From: Promethearchaeota archaeon
GTDB taxonomy: Archaea > Asgardarchaeota > Lokiarchaeia > Sigyniarchaeales > SOKP01
Assembly: GCA_030603385.1 (NCBI GenBank)
Contig: JAUVXW010000037.1
Span: forward strand, 1-43,076
DNA: 43,076 nt
Reading direction: 5' to 3'
Position numbers and translations under genes: made by a program. Below are positions 38,449-43,076 of the stretch, one piece after another; positions within the stretch are counted from its first letter, which is position 1, and every line of letters starts with the position of its first letter. The notes under the pieces are model-generated. The model had not been told where the DNA came from and searched no databases. It worked only from the letters and a program-made list of their open reading frames with translations.

Positions 38449-39954
38449 GTGATAAAAATGTCAAAACTAAAAGATTTAGGGCAACCAGAGGAGTTTTGGG
38501 ATTACTTTGAGCAAATTTCCAAAATTCCCCGCTGTTCAAGAAATGAAGAAAGAATTAGAAATTTCATCAAGGAGGAAGGCGAGAAATTCGGTTACAAAAC
38601 CCAGGTAGATAAGGTTGGTAATCTTGCCATTAACATTCCAGCAAAATCTACTCAGAAAGAAAAATTAATTTTACAATGTCATATGGATATGGTTTGTGAG
38701 AAGAATGATGATGTTGAACACGATTTCTTAAAAGATCCTTTAAAATTGAAGATTATGGAGATTGATAATGAAAAATGGTTAACTGCTGAGAGTACCACAT
38801 TAGGAGCAGATAATGGTGTTGGGATATGCTTTATTCTATCTATCATGAAAAAAATTAATGATGGATCTTTGAATTTTGATGTATTAGGTTTAGAACTAAT
38901 ATTCACAGTCCTTGAAGAGTATAATTTAGGTGGAGCAGAAGGTATCGACAGAAGTTTAGTAGATGGAAATATGCTTATCAATCTCGATTCTGGAGGTGAC
39001 GGAATGATTACTAATGGGTGTGCTGGGGGTATTGGTTTTATTGCTGATATTAAAACTAAACCTGTATCTGTTGATAAATTTAAGGAAAACCTGATTCCTC
39101 TTAATCTTACTCTGGGTGGTCTAATTGGGGGGCATTCAGGGGGGGATATCAATCGAGGGAGAGGAAACGCTAATAAACTCTTATGCCATATTTTATGGAA
39201 AATTCATAAGAACTATTCGATTCATATTAGTTCTATCAATGGAGGAAATGCCGCTAATGCAATAACTCGAGAAGCAAATACTACACTTTATGTAAAGGAA
39301 GAAAATTTCTCGGAAATAAAATCTCTCACTACTAATCTCTTTACAGAATTAAAAAAGAACTATGATGGAATTGAGGAAGATATGCAATTATCAATTGAAA
39401 GAATAGAAAGTAAAATTAATGCTACTGTTTTTTCTGAAGAAATTCAAAAGAAATTACTAGATCTCTTATATATAATCCCCTGTGGTCCTTTGTCAATACA
39501 TCCAAAGATTAGAGCATTTGCTTTTGCATCTACAAATATAGGTATAATAAGAACGGAAAAAGATTATATTAGAATACGGATGTTACACCGAAGTTTTAGT
39601 GAATATTACAATAAAAAGACTTGTGAAGAAATTATTACTCTATTAAAAATGTCTGGACTTGAAATGACCCGAACAATACCTGGAATCTATCCACCATGGG
39701 AACCAAATTTTAATTCAAATCTTCTGAAATTGGCAAAGGAGAGTTATTCTGAAATGTCTAATAAAGAACCATTGGTTATATTAGTTCAAGGAGGTTTAGA
39801 ATGTACACTCTTGATAAACTTAAATCCTGAAATGGAAGCGATAGCAATAGGTCCTACAATAAGAGATATGCATTCTCCTAACGAGCGCCTAAATGTTAAA
39901 TCCGTTGAAAAAACATGGAATTTCTTAATAAACATACTTAAAAAATTAGATTAA
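38449..39954 (+). CDS. pepD: Aminoacyl-histidine (Xaa-His) dipeptidase, M20C
   Basis: IPRCS.NE, LQCHMDMV, TTLGADNG, EE, NLDS, GGHSG.DI, NAI.RE, GLEC, GP.I...HSP.E. ATG at 38458 is the likely start. Confidence 0.92.
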   Translation: MIKMSKLKDLGQPEEFWDYFEQISKIPRCSRNEERIRNFIKEEGEKFGYKTQVDKVGNLAINIPAKSTQKEKLILQCHMDMVCEKNDDVEHDFLKDPLKLKIMEIDNEKWLTAESTTLGADNGVGICFILSIMKKINDGSLNFDVLGLELIFTVLEEYNLGGAEGIDRSLVDGNMLINLDSGGDGMITNGCAGGIGFIADIKTKPVSVDKFKENLIPLNLTLGGLIGGHSGGDINRGRGNANKLLCHILWKIHKNYSIHISSINGGNAANAITREANTTLYVKEENFSEIKSLTTNLFTELKKNYDGIEEDMQLSIERIESKINATVFSEEIQKKLLDLLYIIPCGPLSIHPKIRAFAFASTNIGIIRTEKDYIRIRMLHRSFSEYYNKKTCEEIITLLKMSGLEMTRTIPGIYPPWEPNFNSNLLKLAKESYSEMSNKEPLVILVQGGLECTLLINLNPEMEAIAIGPTIRDMHSPNERLNVKSVEKTWNFLINILKKLD

Positions 39955-40002
39955 AATATTAAACTTCTTTTAACTTATTATTACCTTTTTAAGGGATAGA
40001 AA

Positions 40003-40731
40003 ATGGAAGAAACAACTAAACTTGCTATAATCGCAGATATCCATGCAAATAAATATGCCTTAGACAGCTTTCTTAAATATAATGAAGAAAATTTCAAAGC
40101 AGATAAAATATTAAATTTAGGTGATTTTGTTTCTATTGGACCTCATCCAAAAGAAGTAGCACAAACGATCTTCAATGACGAACGATTTGAAAATATAATT
40201 GGGAACAATGAAATGATACTATTAGGAAAACGAAGAAATGAATGGCAGAGACAAAAGATGCCTCATCATGAATGGATCGCTAATCATATTGGAAAAGATC
40301 TTCTTGAAAAAATAGAAAAAACACCTACATCAAAAGAAATGAATGTGAATGGTAAGAAGTTGTTGATGCTCCACTCCCATTTTTATGATACTCCTGGTAG
40401 AACAATTCAAGATAACCTTTTAATATATCAGGGAAAAAATCTGGATGAATTTGTAAAAGATTATCCTGAAGATGTTGATATAGTAGTTGTTGGTCATTCT
40501 CATCTGCAACTCTATATTTCATGGAAAGGCAAAAAAATCATAAATCCTGGTTCAATAAGTATTACTTGGAAACCAAAAACTTCCTTCTGTTTAATGGAAA
40601 TTAGCGAGAATAACGTAAATGTTAACTTTAAAAATATTCCTTATGATTTCTCCAATCTCAAAAAAGATTATGAAGAAAGGAATGTAGTGGGAAAGGAATT
40701 TCTTATAAAGTATTTCTATCCTTTTCTATAA
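40003..40731 (+). CDS. Calcineurin-like metallophosphoesterase (YfcE/MJ0912-like)
   Basis: ADIHAN, LGD, GNNE, H, GHSH and NPGS. Confidence 0.92.
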   Translation: MEETTKLAIIADIHANKYALDSFLKYNEENFKADKILNLGDFVSIGPHPKEVAQTIFNDERFENIIGNNEMILLGKRRNEWQRQKMPHHEWIANHIGKDLLEKIEKTPTSKEMNVNGKKLLMLHSHFYDTPGRTIQDNLLIYQGKNLDEFVKDYPEDVDIVVVGHSHLQLYISWKGKKIINPGSISITWKPKTSFCLMEISENNVNVNFKNIPYDFSNLKKDYEERNVVGKEFLIKYFYPFL

Positions 40732-40899
40732 AACGTTTATAACGACTAATAGAAAAATATTATCCTTTTCAAAGTTATTATTGAAAAACTTTAAAATCAT
40801 ACCAATGGGTTTTATAATATCCTTTTAATGCTATTTTCTTAAGTTTAATAAAATTAAAAATTAAAAAATAAAAAATAACTAAAAAGGATGTAATATAAA

Positions 40900-41232
40900 A
40901 TGAGTTTTGATGAATTTGATGAGGATTTAACTGGAGAAGAACCAGTAAAATCTAAAACTCCTGCTACTAAGACACCTTCCGCAGGAAAAAAATTAACTCT
41001 TTATTTCATGTCAACGATTGGTCCTGGTGAAAAGAAGGAAAAATTAACTGTGAATGATGGCAACCGCGTCGGTGATATTAAAAGCACATTAGGAAATCTT
41101 TATGGACTTGATCCTAATGACTTTCATTTATCTTCTGGCGGAGTTACGATGGATGAAAACAGTCAAATAAGAGATTATGACGTAAACAATGGTGATGATA
41201 TTCTTTTAATCCCAGCAAGTACTGCAGGTTAA
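40900..41232 (+). CDS. Ubiquitin-like (beta-grasp) protein with an N-terminal extension, ending in ...STAG
   Basis: LTV...NRVGDIK..L...GL.P..FHL..GG..MDE...IRDY.V.NGD.ILL follows the ubiquitin-fold pattern, with a terminal Gly. Confidence 0.85.
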   Translation: MSFDEFDEDLTGEEPVKSKTPATKTPSAGKKLTLYFMSTIGPGEKKEKLTVNDGNRVGDIKSTLGNLYGLDPNDFHLSSGGVTMDENSQIRDYDVNNGDDILLIPASTAG

Positions 41233-41245
41233 ATATTTAATTAAC

Positions 41246-41257
41246 TTTTTTTTTTTT
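41246..41257 (+). terminator. Poly-T terminator of the ubiquitin-like gene
   Basis: A 12-T run 13 nt after the stop codon. Confidence 0.55.
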
Positions 41258-41306
41258 ATTTTCTATTCCATTCTTAAGTATTCGAAAAATGCGAACTAAG
41301 AATTTC

Positions 41307-41378
41307 CTAGGTTTTTATTGTTTCTTTCTTCTTTGAATCCATTAACGAATTGCCCATATTTGGAAAAGAAACTTTCAT
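41307..41378 (-). pseudogene. Internally deleted relic of a paralog of 32534..33721 (MKVSFPNMGNS/LMDSKKKETIKT)
   Basis: Joins the N-terminal SFPNMG and the near C-terminal LMDS(R/K)(R/K)K of the dehydratase-like protein. Confidence 0.6.
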
Positions 41379-41703
41379 AACAAAATAACAGATCTAAGGT
41401 AAGTCTTCGAATATTAAAATCTCAAAGGTTAATTGGAATTGAAAGGTAAATTCAGCATCTGATTTCAATGAAAATTTCTTTGAAAAAATAATTTTCCTTT
41501 AATTCAATTTGCTTATTTGGATTGTCTCAAATCACTATACTTTTGCTTCTTTAAGCAATGTTACCGGTTATTAGCGTAATACATTGAAAAATAATAAAAC
41601 ATAAATAGCAGATTTTCCGTTTTAATATTGCGATCCAATTTGTTTGGAACAAATTGGATTATATTCCTTTAAAAACTAAGGATATGAAGTTAGAAATTTT
41701 GTA

Positions 41704-42048
41704 ATGTTAAAAGAGGGAGAAAAAGTGCCATATTTGGTAATTAGGTATGTATATCCACCCCATATACTAGATGAGTTTGTACCGAAGGTTATGGAACTTG
41801 CCCAGAATAGAAGAAGAGAATTCCCGAAGGAAGAAGATCCTTCGATTGGGGAACCAGTATTTACTGCTGTTAAAGCTACTGAGCAAGGTTACATAAACAT
41901 GATCATCATTGAAGTAAAAGAAGGGAAACTCGATGCAGCATTTGCTTTTTGGACAAAAAACATGGCGTTATTAAGGAATGTCGAAGGATTTAAACACTCA
42001 ATAGAACTCTGGGCTACAAGTGATGAATTTCTAGTGTCAATTGCATGA
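41704..42048 (+). CDS. Hypothetical protein (ferredoxin-like/dimeric alpha-beta barrel-like pattern). Probable GTG start at 41725.
   Basis: PYLVIRYVYP...IIEVKEGKLD...VEGFKHSIE.W, with GAGGGAG upstream of the GTG. Confidence 0.7.
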   Translation: MLKEGEKVPYLVIRYVYPPHILDEFVPKVMELAQNRRREFPKEEDPSIGEPVFTAVKATEQGYINMIIIEVKEGKLDAAFAFWTKNMALLRNVEGFKHSIELWATSDEFLVSIA

Positions 42049-42422
42049 AACTTCCAGAATAATAATTTAATAATTTATTTTTTATTTTTTTTTTTCCTAA
42101 AAACATGAACATCAACAGTTAGGGAGTTTAGACAAGAAACAATAATATTTAATATTCTCCTTCAAATGGATTTCACTAGATAACAGATTTAAGCTATAGT
42201 TTCTCATTTTAAAGTCTAATTTGTGTTTTTTCCATATGATTGTAGTGGAACTAAATCAGAAAGGCTAAGATTGTCCAAAATAAATTGGCCAAATATATTT
42301 TTTCAAAAGAAACTGGAAAATAAATCGAGCCTAGTTTTATATTTAGTCTTAATCTATCTTTACTTGAGACCATCAATTTGAGGTCATGATGTTGGATAAA
42401 TCAGAAAAAGGAGAAAAGAATA

Positions 42423-42707
42423 TTGCCAAATGAGAGTGAAATATTGGCGACAATGGAAGCTTATGCCGCAGCCAGAATCAATGGGGATTTAGATGCGATA
42501 CTTGACTTTTATTCGGAAGATTGGGAGGACAGTAAGGGATTCCGAAAAAGTTCCCTAAAAGAAAGCTATTTTGTGTACACAGTAGGTGCTAAAAAAACAG
42601 AGATCAAGATAGATTTAAGTGAGGGCAATATAATCATTGAGGGAGATAGGGCGACGTGCAGTCCCGTATCGATACATACACCAAAAGGAAGCGTCACCTA
42701 CAGCTAA
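42423..42707 (+). pseudogene. SnoaL/NTF2-like protein, apparently C-terminally truncated
   Basis: Y..A...GDLDAILDFYSED and I.IEGDRA. It stops mid-strand at VTYS with no terminal W-x-I strand, and GC drops abruptly after the stop. Confidence 0.6.
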
Positions 42708-42852
42708 AATTTTCAATTTTTCTTCGATTATTAATAATAAGTGCATTGAGTGATGAACTTTAAGAAAAATCTAAAAAAGAAGGCATTAAAGAATATTATA
42801 CATTGTTTAGAAAAAGTCACCCATATGTATCATAGACGATAAAAATATATGA

Positions 42853-43076
42853 TTAAGTGACAAACTTTCTGCGTTTTTTAAACCCTTGAATGATTGTAAT
42901 TGTGCCTATTATCGCGAATATTATTAAACTATTGGCAAATGGAATACTTGGTTCTTCACCACTTGGAAGTCCATTATTCGGATCTTGAGAGCCCCAGAGA
43001 TTATTCGAAGCATTCCAGGTTTTTAATACTACATTTGATAATATTGAAGCTATATCAAAATTTATATTTGGATATT
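42853..43076 (-). CDS. 3' end of a surface protein with a C-terminal sorting signal (Loki-CTERM/PGF-CTERM-like), partial
   Basis: ...NNGLPSGEEPSIPFANSLIIFAIIGTITIIQGFKKRRKFVT*: linker, IPF motif, TM helix and basic tail. Not in the ORF track. Confidence 0.8.
   Translation of the reverse strand, partial: YPNINFDIASILSNVVLKTWNASNNLWGSQDPNNGLPSGEEPSIPFANSLIIFAIIGTITIIQGFKKRRKFVT

Noticed and set aside
41390-41600. Possible further coding remnant on the minus strand upstream of the mini-ORF
   Set aside because: The frames are short and broken, and no family could be supported.
42046-42048. TGA as a selenocysteine or readthrough codon
   Set aside because: The readthrough frame runs into low-complexity T-rich terminator sequence. 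A frameshift explains the end better.

Overview
AT-rich archaeal chromosomal DNA, most consistent with a Lokiarchaeia (Asgard/Promethearchaeota) genome. This assignment is inferred from poly-T terminators, frequent non-ATG starts, ubiquitin-like, longin-like and small-GTPase-like proteins, and an IPF-TM-basic C-terminal sorting signal. About 45 genes are present: acyl-CoA, sugar and peptide metabolism enzymes, a VapBC-type toxin-antitoxin pair, and a ~16 kb signalling-rich stretch (8.2-24.6 kb). That stretch holds a single-pass surface protein with a cytoplasmic longin-like domain, a split PAS histidine kinase, an RHH-HisKA-REC regulator whose N-terminal half is hidden behind an ATC start, an orphan HAMP-less chemoreceptor, an unannotated 52-aa RHH gene with phased operator-like repeats, three stand-alone 7TM proteins flanking a catalytically degenerate Rab/Ras-like GTPase, a C2-like protein and a membrane-anchored LRR protein. 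Other notable items are a ubiquitin-like protein ending in a single Gly, a radical-activase operon ending in a His-less PlsC-like gene, a GC-rich probably imported VOC gene, and several deletion or nonsense scars. No rRNA, tRNA, CRISPR array or transposase was recognised. All family calls come from motifs read by eye; no database search was run.
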